Origin: an uncultured Christensenella sp.
GTDB taxonomy: Bacteria; Bacillota; Clostridia; Christensenellales; UBA1242
Direction of reading: 5' to 3'
Assembly: GCA_949841595.1 (NCBI GenBank)
Contig: CATKZB010000004.1
Coordinates: forward strand, 10,587-74,586
Length of the DNA: 64,000 nucleotides
Positions 47,934 to 56,924 of the stretch are shown here, piece by piece. The notes under the pieces were generated by a model that saw only the letters and a list, made by a program, of their open reading frames with translations, made no database searches and was not told the origin of the DNA. Each line of letters starts with the position of its first letter. The first letter of the stretch is position 1. Position numbers and translations under genes: made by a program.

Positions 47934-48560
47934 TTAGTGTCCTAATCTTTCTCTAGTTTCTTTTTGAATGTTTCTTGGATAATTATCTTCAAAAACTCTT
48001 CTATCCATATTTTTCAAGTTTTCCAAAAATGAGTCACTATATTTTCTTCTTCCAATTCCTTTTGTATATTCTTTTATGCAACACAATTCTTTTCCTAACG
48101 GGAAAGTTTCTCCAGATTGATGATCTGTATGTAAATATCTTGCACTTATCGCCAAATTTCCATAATGCTTATAATATTGAGTAAAAAATCCCATTAACTT
48201 ATCTTCTTTTTGTTCTCTCAAAAGGTTTTGAGTATAATTATTTTCAAACACTCTTGGATCAATTTTCAAAAGAGTTTCAATAAAATCTTTGCTAAAAATA
48301 TAATTTGAATTACCTTTAACAAACTTTTTAACTCTTTCAAGCATTCTTCCAATTGGATATGTTATTCCCATTGCATCCTCGTAAACACAATTTTGAGAGA
48401 TTGCTAAATTACCATATTTATCAAAAAACTTTTGACAATAAGCCAACATAATTTCTTCATTGCGTTCACGATTCTCTTTCCGACTGAGAGTAAGATTGCT
48501 TAAACTATTCACGGGACATTTTCTTAGCACATTTTCATCATTAGTCTTCAATATATTCAT
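47934..48560 (-). CDS. protein with two helicase-associated (HA)-like repeats
   Basis: Internal duplication: YGNLAISQNCVYEDAMGITYPIGRMLERVKKF...IDPRVFENNY versus YGNLAISARYLHTDHQSGETFPLGKELCCIKEY...MDRRVFEDNY. Confidence 0.5.
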   Translation of the reverse strand: MNILKTNDENVLRKCPVNSLSNLTLSRKENRERNEEIMLAYCQKFFDKYGNLAISQNCVYEDAMGITYPIGRMLERVKKFVKGNSNYIFSKDFIETLLKIDPRVFENNYTQNLLREQKEDKLMGFFTQYYKHYGNLAISARYLHTDHQSGETFPLGKELCCIKEYTKGIGRRKYSDSFLENLKNMDRRVFEDNYPRNIQKETRERLGH

Positions 48561-48612
48561 AACAAACTCCTAAGTTTATCTTAACACAAACTTATCATAA
48601 TATCAATATCTA

Positions 48613-49980
48613 TTATCTGAAAATTTTAATGTTTGGATACTTTTCTTTTATTTTATCTAAACAAAATTGCACACTTTGCTCCAAACTTTGATTTGTTGTA
48701 TCCACAACAATAGAATCCGGCATAATTTTCACAGCACCATGATCTCTGTGAATATCTTTATAATCTCTTTCTTTCAATTCTTTCAAAATATCAGCAAATT
48801 TGACTTCATTTCCCATAGCTTTTTGTTGTTCAAATCTTCTTTTTGCTCTCACATTTTCATCTGCAGTGCAAAAGAATTTGAATTCTGCATTTGGCAAAAC
48901 AAAACTTCCGATATCTCTTCCTTCCATAACTAAATTATGTTTTTTAGCATAGTCTCTTTGAAGCTTTAAGACCTTTTCTCTAATACAATTGAAAGGTGAA
49001 ATTTTTGCAGATAAAGCACTTATTCTTTCTGTTCTCAAGCTTGCTGTATGGTCAATACCATTCACATAAACATGTTGAACATTTTCAATGAATTCAACTT
49101 TAACATTTATCTGTCTAGCAAATTCACAAATATATTTTTCCGAAATTTTATTTTCATCCAGACCCATATAATCAAAAGCGCACGCAACACCTCTGTATAT
49201 AGCTCCTGTATCAAATACGCTAAAACCCAATTTTCTTGCCAACGCTTTTGATATTGTGCTTTTGCCACTGCAAACATAACCATCCAAAGTGATGTTGATG
49301 TTCTTTTTTTCTGTAAGTTTTTTGTTGATAATCTCAAAACAAAATTCAACAGTTTCTTCAAAAGTCATCTTAGAATTGTCCACAATAACGCTTGTTTCAG
49401 TCGGTCTTAAAGAATAAATCCCTTTGTTTGTATCTCTCTCATCTCTTTCTTTAAGATCTTTCAAAATGACATCTAATTTTGCACTTGAATCAGTTTTAAT
49501 AATATCAGCAAAACGCCTTTTGGCTCTCACATTTTCATCTGCAGTCAAAAAAATTTTGATATCAGCATTTGGCATAACAACTGTTCCTATGTCACGGCCT
49601 TCCATAATGCAATTATATTTTTTCGCAAAAGTTTGAGCTATTTGCAAATATCTGCTTCTTACTTCTTCAAAAACTGATATTTGAGATGACATTTGACTTA
49701 TTTTTTCACTACGAATGAGATCAGATACATCTTTATCACCAACCAAAACATGCTGTTGATCACCTACAAATTTAACCTTGACATCAACTTCTTCCAAAAA
49801 TTTTTTTATCTTCTTTGGATTCATCTTGCCATATCCAGAAACATCATATGCATAAGCAAAAGCCCTGAAAATTGCGCCAGTATCTAAAACTTTGAAATCA
49901 TTCCCCAATCTTTTTGCCAAAGCCTTAACCAAAGTTGTTTTTCCACTGCCAGCATATCCATCAATTGCGATATTAATCAT
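48613..49980 (-). CDS. cmk: tandem-duplicated (fused) cytidylate kinase
   Basis: Two complete CMK-like halves with P-loops IDGYAGSGKTT and LDGYVCSGKST. Both halves have DTGAI(F/Y)R, MEGRDIG and TADENVRAKRRF. ATG after a GGAAGGGG RBS. Confidence 0.8.
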   Translation of the reverse strand: MINIAIDGYAGSGKTTLVKALAKRLGNDFKVLDTGAIFRAFAYAYDVSGYGKMNPKKIKKFLEEVDVKVKFVGDQQHVLVGDKDVSDLIRSEKISQMSSQISVFEEVRSRYLQIAQTFAKKYNCIMEGRDIGTVVMPNADIKIFLTADENVRAKRRFADIIKTDSSAKLDVILKDLKERDERDTNKGIYSLRPTETSVIVDNSKMTFEETVEFCFEIINKKLTEKKNINITLDGYVCSGKSTISKALARKLGFSVFDTGAIYRGVACAFDYMGLDENKISEKYICEFARQINVKVEFIENVQHVYVNGIDHTASLRTERISALSAKISPFNCIREKVLKLQRDYAKKHNLVMEGRDIGSFVLPNAEFKFFCTADENVRAKRRFEQQKAMGNEVKFADILKELKERDYKDIHRDHGAVKIMPDSIVVDTTNQSLEQSVQFCLDKIKEKYPNIKIFR

Positions 49981-50042
49981 ACTCACCCCTTCCTATATAT
50001 AATACAACATACAAATTCTGAAACAAAACAAATAAGAAAAAA

Positions 50043-50786
50043 TTATTTGTTATTTTCTTTTTCCTTTGTTGTTTTCATCAAACCATAAACTTCTTTACTG
50101 ACTTGATGAGTTTTCCAGTCATACAAACTTTCGGCATATCCCATCATCTCTCGCTCATTCATCTTGTCCATTTTGGCTTTTAAAGCATCACAAGCGTCCG
50201 AAAAATGTGGATAATTATTTTTCATTCTCTCAAAAATCCTTGGATTGCTTGGATTGAAAGCATATATCTTTGCAACACAATAAAACAAATCATAATCATT
50301 TTCTGGTATATAATTAGGTTTCTCAGGATAAAGAAAAAGTTTTATTTTTCCTTCTTTATCAAATTGTTTAAGCATCTCTAACCCACTTTCAAATTTGATA
50401 ATTTCCAATGGTTTTACAGCTTTTGAGGTTCTCACTTCGCTTTTACCCCAACTATTTTCTTCAAAGTATTCAAAATCTTTTCCATCTAATTTATAAATAT
50501 AAACAGGTTTATCATTATTTTTAAAATAATCTTTCATTCTTTCTGTAACAAAAACTAATGGAGCTTTTGTGTTAGTGCTAAATATACAAATGCTTCTTTC
50601 AAGGTTTGTCATCTTAAATCCAAATATTCCAGCAAGTTCAAACTTGTCAGTTGCATAAACAAACTCCCCTTTTTGTGTTGACTCTCTGGGCTTAAAAATT
50701 TCAATATCTCCTCTCGGACTTCCATGATAAACAAACCCTTCCATAATTTCTCCCGTTAATATTTCAACATTTCTTTTGTTTTCCAA
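50043..50786 (-). CDS. hypothetical protein
   Basis: 247 aa ORF with no motifs recognised. Confidence 0.45.
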   Translation of the reverse strand: MENKRNVEILTGEIMEGFVYHGSPRGDIEIFKPRESTQKGEFVYATDKFELAGIFGFKMTNLERSICIFSTNTKAPLVFVTERMKDYFKNNDKPVYIYKLDGKDFEYFEENSWGKSEVRTSKAVKPLEIIKFESGLEMLKQFDKEGKIKLFLYPEKPNYIPENDYDLFYCVAKIYAFNPSNPRIFERMKNNYPHFSDACDALKAKMDKMNEREMMGYAESLYDWKTHQVSKEVYGLMKTTKEKENNK

Positions 50787-50951
50787 ACATTTTATATGCT
50801 ATTCTTCACAAAATTGAAAACTTGATGCACAAACGTTTTTCTTTCCATATAATGATTATATCAAACAAAAAAGTTTATTTCAAGATTTTGATGCATATAA
50901 TCACCAAAAAAGCATTTATTTCTAAAAAGTTAAAAAAAATGAAAAATTTTC

Positions 50952-50980
50952 TTGACAAAAAAAGAATTTTATAATAAAAT
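50952..50980 (+). promoter_or_regulatory. candidate promoter of the tRNA cluster
   Basis: TTGACA, 17 nt spacer, TAAAAT, about 20 nt upstream of the first tRNA. Confidence 0.45.
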
Positions 50981-51002
50981 GTTTGAGCAAGCTTGAATAT
51001 AT

Positions 51003-51078
51003 CGGGGTATGGCTCAGTTGGTAGAGCGCGCGGTTTGGGACCGTGAGGTCGGGGGTTCGAGACCCTCTACCCCGACCA
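51003..51078 (+). tRNA. tRNA-Pro (UGG)
   Basis: Acceptor CGGGGTA/TACCCCG, anticodon loop TTTGGGA, T-loop TTCGAGA, CCA encoded. Confidence 0.9.
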
Positions 51079-51108
51079 GCAAACATTGTTTGCACTTGCA
51101 AGGCAATT

Positions 51109-51185
51109 GGGCCTTTAGCTCAGTTGGTTAGAGCGACCGGCTCATAACCGGTTGGTCCGCGGTTCGAGTCCGTGAAGGCCCACCA
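51109..51185 (+). tRNA. tRNA with CAU anticodon; tRNA-Ile2 (lysidine type) likely, elongator Met possible
   Basis: Acceptor GGGCCTT/AAGGCCC, anticodon loop CTCATAA. No initiator features (1:72 is paired, no GGG/CCC anticodon stem). The body resembles Ile2-type tRNAs from memory. Confidence 0.8.
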
Positions 51186-51271
51186 AAATCTTAAAACTTT
51201 TTGGTGAGAAACATTTGCTAAAATCAAAAAAATATGATAAACTCAAAAAGTCTTGCAAAAAATGACGACTT

Positions 51272-51348
51272 GGCTCGGTAGTTCAGTTGGTTAGAACGCT
51301 AGCCTGTCACGCTAGAGGTCGTGGGTTCGAGCCCCATCCGAGTCGCCA
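51272..51348 (+). tRNA. tRNA-Asp (GUC)
   Basis: Acceptor GGCTCGG/CCGAGTC, anticodon loop CTGTCAC, GCCA end. Confidence 0.9.
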
Positions 51349-51352
51349 ACAT

Positions 51353-51428
51353 GCCCTGATAGCTCAGTCGGTAGAGCAAAGGACTGAAAATCCTTGTGTC
51401 GGTGGTTCGATTCCACCTTAGGGCACCA
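51353..51428 (+). tRNA. tRNA-Phe (GAA)
   Basis: Acceptor GCCCTGA/TTAGGGC, anticodon loop CTGAAAA. Confidence 0.9.
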
Positions 51429-51469
51429 CCCGTTATGGGAATTTAATACTTTTGCGAAAAATTCGCTGT

Positions 51470-51544
51470 GCTGGCGTGGCTCAATGGTAGAGCAGCTGAC
51501 TTGTAATCAGCAGGTTGAAGGTTCGATTCCTTTCGCCAGCTCCA
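51470..51544 (+). tRNA. tRNA-Thr (UGU)
   Basis: Acceptor GCTGGCG/CGCCAGC, anticodon loop CTTGTAA. Confidence 0.9.
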
Positions 51545-51554
51545 TTTATTTTAT

Positions 51555-51639
51555 GGGTAGGTTGCAGAGTGGCCAAATGCAACGGACTGTAAATCCGTCG
51601 TCTATGACTTCGATGGTTCGAATCCATCCCTGCCCACCA
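51555..51639 (+). tRNA. tRNA-Tyr (GUA), long variable arm
   Basis: Acceptor GGGTAGG/CCTGCCC, anticodon loop CTGTAAA; 85 nt with an extra arm. Confidence 0.85.
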
Positions 51640-51646
51640 AATTTAG

Positions 51647-51670
51647 AGTGCTTAAAAAAGCACTTTTTTT
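51647..51670 (+). terminator. intrinsic terminator after the tRNA cluster
   Basis: Stem AGTGCTT/AAGCACT plus a T-run. Confidence 0.65.
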
Positions 51671-51680
51671 AAATTGCCTA

Positions 51681-51709
51681 TTGACATCATGAGAAATCTA
51701 TGCTATACT
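51681..51709 (+). promoter_or_regulatory. sigma-A type promoter
   Basis: TTGACA, 17 nt spacer, TATACT. It covers the ORF-track start at 51700, which supports the downstream ATG at 51733. Confidence 0.55.
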
Positions 51710-51732
51710 CCGTTTATAAATGGAGGAATATT

Positions 51733-52794
51733 ATGAACATTATTGACAATTTATCTAATCAACTTGATGATTGTAGATATGACAATTCGGCATTAAACTA
51801 CAATGAACAACTTTTGATTGATTATATTAAATCAACAAATGACAAAGAAATTTTTAATTTTTATTCTGAAGATAATAAAACATTGATTAATTTGGCATTA
51901 GAATACAAATTTAAGGATTTCCTTTGCACTGTCTTGGATATGTATCCAAAATTAGCAGAAATTCAAAATGAATTTGGATACACTTTTGTTCATTATGCTG
52001 CTGAGAGAGGTCTCAAAACTGTTTGTTTGAAAGCTTTAGAAGTAAATCCTAAATTAGCTGAAATTAAAGATAATGACGGAAATACTTTTGTTCATTACGC
52101 TGCTAAGTATAAAAAACTTGAAGATGTTTGTTTGAAAACTTTAGAAATCGATCCTAAATTAGCCGAAATCAAAAATATCTATGGAGAAACTTTTGTTCAT
52201 TATGCTGCTATGAGAAGCCTTGAAAATGTTTGTTTAAAAGCTCTTAAAACTAATCATAAATTAGCAGAAATTCAAAATTATTATACTGGAGATACTTTTG
52301 TTCATTGCGCTGCTAGACTAAGACTTGAAAAAGTTTGCATTCAAACTTTAGAAATTGACCCAAATATAGCTAAAATTCAAAACTATGAAGGAAAAACATT
52401 TATTCATTGTGCAGCTCTTAATAATCTGGGAATAGTTTGTTTAAAAGGTTTAGAAGTAAATCCTGAACTAGCTGAAATTCAAAGTGACTATGGTGATACT
52501 TTTATTCATTTAGCTGCCTGCAAAAATCTTGAAGATGTTTGTTTAAAAGCTCTTGAGCTCAATTCTAAGTTAGCAGACATTAAAGATAGCTATGGAGAAA
52601 CTTTTGTTCATTATGCTGCTAAGAAATGTCTTGAAGTTGTTTGTTTAGAAGCTCTTAAACTTAATCCTGAATCTGCTAAAATTAAAAATCAAGATGGAAA
52701 AACTTTTGTTCAAATTCTTGAAGAAAATAAATCAAAAAAAACTATTAGAAATATTTTAAATTCAAGAAAAGCTGAAGTCACAAAAGATAAATAA
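51733..52794 (+). CDS. ankyrin-repeat protein (~8 repeats)
   Basis: ~34-aa units G.TF(V/I)H(Y/C)AA....LE.VCLKALE.NP.LAEI.N fit the ankyrin consensus (G-T-x-L-H-x-A-A). GGAGG RBS before MNIIDNL. Confidence 0.7.
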   Translation: MNIIDNLSNQLDDCRYDNSALNYNEQLLIDYIKSTNDKEIFNFYSEDNKTLINLALEYKFKDFLCTVLDMYPKLAEIQNEFGYTFVHYAAERGLKTVCLKALEVNPKLAEIKDNDGNTFVHYAAKYKKLEDVCLKTLEIDPKLAEIKNIYGETFVHYAAMRSLENVCLKALKTNHKLAEIQNYYTGDTFVHCAARLRLEKVCIQTLEIDPNIAKIQNYEGKTFIHCAALNNLGIVCLKGLEVNPELAEIQSDYGDTFIHLAACKNLEDVCLKALELNSKLADIKDSYGETFVHYAAKKCLEVVCLEALKLNPESAKIKNQDGKTFVQILEENKSKKTIRNILNSRKAEVTKDK

Positions 52795-52832
52795 AACAAA
52801 ACTGAACCTGAAATTAGGTTCAGTTTTGTTTT
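52793..52832. terminator. bidirectional intrinsic terminator
   Basis: 17-bp stem AAAACAAAACTGAACCT/AGGTTCAGTTTTGTTTT. Confidence 0.7.
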
Positions 52833-53553
52833 ACCCCTGCAACTTTTTACGCAAGTTTTCCAAAATCTTGTTTTCAAGTCTTGAAACTTGCACTTGAGAA
52901 ACTCCCAAACGTTCAGCAATTTCACTTTGAGTTTTATCATAAAAATATCTCATTAAAATGATTTTTTTATCTCTTTCTTCCAAGTTTTCAATAATGTCTT
53001 TCAAAGCAAATTTATCAACAAAATCTTCATTTTCTTGCCCGTCAAATCTATCAATGATTGTAAGTCCATCTTCATCCCCGTCATCGAATGGTGTGTAAAG
53101 AGATACTGGCATTTTTGCAGAGTCCATTGCCATAACCACTTCTTGTTCTGAAATTTTGAAATGCTCAGCAATGTCGACGATTGTCGCCTTTTTGCCATTT
53201 TGCATCAAAAAAGTTTCAACAAATTTGTTGATTTTTATGTTTAAACCCTTAATAGCTCTTGAAACCTTAACAGCACCGTCGTCACGCATAAATCGTTTAA
53301 TCTCACCCACAACCATAGGCACAACATAAGTGGAAAATTTGACATTATAAGAACAATCAAATCGATTTATTGCTTTCAAAAAGCCCATGCACCCAAGTTG
53401 ATAAAGATCGTCATTCTCCACGCCTTTATCTTTAAACCAGCGAATAACACTCTTAATAAGTGGAGAATTTTCGTTAACCAGAGTTTCTTTGGCATTTTCA
53501 TCACCAGCCTGAGCTTTTTTAATAAGGTCAAGAGTCTCTTCTTGCCCGAGCAT
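52831..53553 (-). CDS. sigF: sporulation sigma factor SigF
   Basis: Region 2 block DLYQLGCMGFLKAINRFD...FSTYVVPMVVGEIKRFMRD, region 4 HTH QSEIAERLGVSQVQVSRLE. Third gene of the spoIIA-type operon. Confidence 0.85.
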   Translation of the reverse strand: MLGQEETLDLIKKAQAGDENAKETLVNENSPLIKSVIRWFKDKGVENDDLYQLGCMGFLKAINRFDCSYNVKFSTYVVPMVVGEIKRFMRDDGAVKVSRAIKGLNIKINKFVETFLMQNGKKATIVDIAEHFKISEQEVVMAMDSAKMPVSLYTPFDDGDEDGLTIIDRFDGQENEDFVDKFALKDIIENLEERDKKIILMRYFYDKTQSEIAERLGVSQVQVSRLENKILENLRKKLQG

Positions 53554-53556
53554 CAA

Positions 53557-54003
53557 TCAACCTGCCACAGCACAAGAATTTGCAGAAATTTTCTTGGTCA
53601 TTTTGATGCTTGTTCCAAAGGAATTGCTGACAACTTGCACATCATCCATAAAACTTTCCATAACAGTGAATCCCATGCCTGAACGCTCTGCAGAAGGTTT
53701 GGATGTGTAAAAAGGTTCTCTTGCTTTAACAATATCTTTAATGCCCACACCCTTGTCCGTAACAGTAATTGTCACCATATCATCTTCAAGCTCACAACGC
53801 AGAATAACATCCCCCTTAACAGATGTTGGATAAGCATGAACCACACAATTTGTTACAGCTTCAGAAACTGCAGTTTTGATATCCGTGATTTCATCCACAG
53901 AAGGATTAAGTTGCACGCAGAAAGATGCAACACAAACTCTGGCAAAACCTTCATTGACAGACAAAGCTTTGAATGTAACTTCCATAAAATTTGAATACTT
54001 CAT
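53557..54003 (-). CDS. spoIIAB: anti-sigma F factor (SpoIIAB, serine kinase)
   Basis: HATPase_c motifs AVSEAVTNCVVHAY, DKGVGI, ERSGMGFTVM. AAGGAG RBS before ATG. Confidence 0.85.
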   Translation of the reverse strand: MKYSNFMEVTFKALSVNEGFARVCVASFCVQLNPSVDEITDIKTAVSEAVTNCVVHAYPTSVKGDVILRCELEDDMVTITVTDKGVGIKDIVKAREPFYTSKPSAERSGMGFTVMESFMDDVQVVSNSFGTSIKMTKKISANSCAVAG

Positions 54004-54018
54004 AATCAACTCCTTAAC

Positions 54019-54327
54019 TTAAACAATTTTGGGCATGATGTCATAAAGCCCTGTTATCTTAAAAATTTTTTCTGCATGAGAAGATGGATTTGTGATATAA
54101 ATAGGAATATCCTTATCTTTCATGCGTTTATATCTTCCAATCAAAACACCAATGCCCGTGGAATCCATAAAATCAAGTTCCGAAAGGTCAATAATGATCT
54201 TATTAAAATTTGGTTTATCAAAAATTTCGTCCAAAGTTAATCTTGTGTAAGTTGCTGAATGCTCGTCAAGTTCTCCACAAAGAAGAACATACAAAACACC
54301 ATTGTGAACACGACTTTTTACTTGCAT
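54019..54327 (-). CDS. spoIIAA: anti-sigma F factor antagonist (SpoIIAA, STAS domain)
   Basis: STAS motif LSELDFMDSTGIGVLIGRYK. Start at MQVKSRV after an AAAGGAG RBS. Confidence 0.85.
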   Translation of the reverse strand: MQVKSRVHNGVLYVLLCGELDEHSATYTRLTLDEIFDKPNFNKIIIDLSELDFMDSTGIGVLIGRYKRMKDKDIPIYITNPSSHAEKIFKITGLYDIMPKIV

Positions 54328-54620
54328 AATCACTCCTTTCACCAAAAAGTTTAGCATATGAAAAATGTAAAAAAATAAGAGCATTTGTCAAAATTGCTCT
54401 TTTTTTATCTAACCAGATTTTTAGTTTAAAATTATAATCATATTGCTATGTTGTAGTATTATGCAAAACATAATACACTATATATTGTGTGTTACGCAAT
54501 ATATAGCACAACAAATGCACATTGTTTTTAGCAAATTAATTTGCTTCAAAATCACTTTGAATAATGTTTTTATATATGATATAATCTAATTATAAAACTA
54601 CACAAAAAAAGGATAACAAA

Positions 54621-55553
54621 ATGAAAAACAAAACAAACTTGATAATTGACACTGACCCCGGAGTTGATGATGCAATCGCCCTAATGTATGCTATCAATTG
54701 TGGAAATTTCAACATTCAACTTCTTTCATCAGAAGGAGGAAATGGACCAATTGAAAATATCACTGCCAACGCAATTCACTTGACAGAACTTTTTAATGTA
54801 GATATTCCAGTTGTTCAAGGAGCACCTACTCCTATTGCAAGACCAGCAAATTATGGGACTTCAGCTCAAGGAAAAAGTGGGCTTGGTGGTTATTCTTACA
54901 ACAAGAAAAAGCTTAAGCATAAACCTATTGATGGTGAAGCATGTGACGTAATATATGAAACCTTAAAGAAGAATAAAACAAAGACCACCATTGTTTCAAT
55001 AGGACCTATGACAAACTTAGCAAAGATGCTTCAAAAACACCCTGATTCAAAACAATACATAAAAGAAATTATTTTTGAAAGTGGCACAAAGGAAAAAATC
55101 TACGGAAAGCCTTACAAATCATTCAATGTAGGTTATGATCCGGAAGCAGCTGAAATTGTCTTTAAAAGTGGCGTTAAATTGGTTATGGTTCCTATGGAAC
55201 TTGGTCATTTTGCATATTTAGACAAACAAGATATAAAGCGCTTTAAAAACACCAATGAAATTGGAAAAATTTTTGCTAAAATGTTTAAAAAATATCATGA
55301 CTACCATGTTGGAAAATTAGGTGCAGCTGTGCACGACGTTTGCACAATTTACTATCTCACTCACCCAGAATACATTAAAACTGAAAAAGCATACATTGAA
55401 ATTAAATATTATAAAACCGACAAAGACGATTTTGGCTATATTGACATAGATTTCGAAAAGAAACCAAATGCAACAGTCTGCGTAGATCTCGACATAAATA
55501 TGTTTAAATATGATCTATTTGATGTTTTAGAAAACAAACTCAATTTAAATTAA
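54621..55553 (+). CDS. nucleoside hydrolase (IUNH family)
   Basis: N-terminal fingerprint LIIDTDPGVDDAIAL; 310 aa. Confidence 0.85.
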   Translation: MKNKTNLIIDTDPGVDDAIALMYAINCGNFNIQLLSSEGGNGPIENITANAIHLTELFNVDIPVVQGAPTPIARPANYGTSAQGKSGLGGYSYNKKKLKHKPIDGEACDVIYETLKKNKTKTTIVSIGPMTNLAKMLQKHPDSKQYIKEIIFESGTKEKIYGKPYKSFNVGYDPEAAEIVFKSGVKLVMVPMELGHFAYLDKQDIKRFKNTNEIGKIFAKMFKKYHDYHVGKLGAAVHDVCTIYYLTHPEYIKTEKAYIEIKYYKTDKDDFGYIDIDFEKKPNATVCVDLDINMFKYDLFDVLENKLNLN

Positions 55554-55562
55554 TTGATAAAA

Positions 55563-55601
55563 ATAAAAAATACACTCCTTTTTCCAAGAGTGTATTTTTT
55601 T
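55563..55601. terminator. bidirectional intrinsic terminator
   Basis: Stem ATACACTC/GAGTGTAT flanked by an A-run and a T-run, between convergent genes. Confidence 0.6.
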
Positions 55602-55637
55602 GAAACACAAAATCAAATTAACAATTTAATTCTTAAA

Positions 55638-56015
55638 TTACTTCAATTCAACAACAGCGCCAGCTTCTTTGAATTTAGCTTCAATTTCTTTAGCAGCTGC
55701 AGCAGCAACATTTTCTTTAACCATAGCTGGAGCACCATCAACGATAGCTTTAGCTTCAGAAAGTCCAAGTCCTGTAACTTCTCTAACAACTTTGATAACA
55801 GCGATTTTGTTTGCGCCAACTTCTTTCAAGAAGATGTTGAATTCGCTCTTTTCTTCTGCAGCTGGAGCAGCAGCGCCAGCAACTGGAGCAGCAGCAACTG
55901 CAACTGGAGCAGCAGCACTAACACCAAATTCTTCTTCCAAAGCTTTAACAAGCTCAGAAACTTCAACGATAGTCAATTTTTTAATTTCTTCAACAATATT
56001 TTTAATATCAGCCAT
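55638..56015 (-). CDS. rplL: 50S ribosomal protein L7/L12
   Basis: 125 aa. Ala-rich hinge and the C-terminal block [27 protein letters not shown]. Confidence 0.95.
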   Translation of the reverse strand: MADIKNIVEEIKKLTIVEVSELVKALEEEFGVSAAAPVAVAAAPVAGAAAPAAEEKSEFNIFLKEVGANKIAVIKVVREVTGLGLSEAKAIVDGAPAMVKENVAAAAAKEIEAKFKEAGAVVELK

Positions 56016-56086
56016 TTTTATTATCTCCTTTTAAAAACTTAATTTATATGCAATTTTTAATGTAATGAAAGTTAAAACTTTCTTTA

Positions 56087-56605
56087 TTATTCTTGTGTTG
56101 CAATTGCATTCAAAGCAACAGCCAACCCACGTGTTGGAGCTGACAAAACTCTGCACAAACTTGAAGCAGTGTTGTTCAAAGTTCCAAGAAGTTTTGCAAT
56201 CAATTCTTCCTTAGATGGAAGCATTGCAAGTGCTTCGATGTTTTTAGCATCAACGCTAACACCATTTAAAATTCCAAATTTGATAGCCATTTTTTTGGTT
56301 TCTTTCACGCAGTCGCAAACAATTTTTGCTGGTGCAACTTCGTCTTCATAACCAAGAGCAACGGCAGTAGTGCCTTCAAAGTAATTTGCAGAACACTCAA
56401 TACCAAGGTCAGAAAGTGCTTTCAACATCAAGCGATTTTTATAAACTTTATATTCACAACCATTTTCACGGAACTTTTTACGAAGAGCAGTGTCTTCACC
56501 AACAGTAAGTCCACGGTAGTCAACAAAAGCGATAGTTTTTGCTTTGGAGAATTTTTCTTTAATTTCTTCAACAACAAGTTTTTTAGCCTCTAAATTAGCA
56601 CTCAT
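56087..56605 (-). CDS. rplJ: 50S ribosomal protein L10
   Basis: 172 aa. VDYRGLTV and the typical L10 layout, immediately upstream of rplL. Confidence 0.9.
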   Translation of the reverse strand: MSANLEAKKLVVEEIKEKFSKAKTIAFVDYRGLTVGEDTALRKKFRENGCEYKVYKNRLMLKALSDLGIECSANYFEGTTAVALGYEDEVAPAKIVCDCVKETKKMAIKFGILNGVSVDAKNIEALAMLPSKEELIAKLLGTLNNTASSLCRVLSAPTRGLAVALNAIATQE

Positions 56606-56781
56606 GTTCTATACCTCCTTTTAACTTAAATTTTGTGTTTCTTATTATTAAAAAATCTCTATAACCACGGAAAAGTCATAGAGATAAAAATTCACTCAAT
56701 ACACTTTTCCTCAACAAGCACACCAATGTGTTTACGCAAAAAGCACTTGCAGTCTTCGGAAGATTTCTTAATACTCCAATA
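56606..56781 (-). promoter_or_regulatory. rplJ 5' leader with attenuator-like terminator hairpin (L10 leader candidate)
   Basis: ~170-nt untranslated leader. Minus-strand hairpin ATCTCTAT...ATAGAGAT (56655..56685) followed by TTTTTT, just before the RBS. Confidence 0.45.
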
Positions 56782-56810
56782 TATTAACACAATAAGTTCT
56801 GCTTTGTCAA
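56782..56810 (-). promoter_or_regulatory. candidate rplJL promoter
   Basis: Minus strand TTGACA, 17 nt spacer, TTAATA. Confidence 0.45.
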
Positions 56811-56924
56811 CAATTTTTCATATAAATATTTTTTTAGTGATAATTTTTAACAATATGCAATAAAATTTAAATATTGTTTATTAACACTTATCAAAAAAAA
56901 GGTTGAGATTTCAACCTTTTTTAT

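Noticed and set aside
51394-51672. 92-aa ORF on the plus strand
   Set aside because: It spans tRNA-Phe, tRNA-Thr and tRNA-Tyr. Its sequence is explained by the tRNA genes.
54375-54410. Hairpin AGAGCA-N11-TGCTCT flanked by A-runs and T-runs just upstream of spoIIAA
   Set aside because: It looks terminator-like, but no upstream gene on either strand would need it. The stem is short and AT-flanked, so no function can be assigned.
55554-56042. ORFs 55554..56042 (+) and 55669..56034 (+), the latter Ala/Ser-rich
   Set aside because: They are antisense to rplL. The low-complexity translation mirrors the Ala-rich L7/L12 hinge. No RBS is present.
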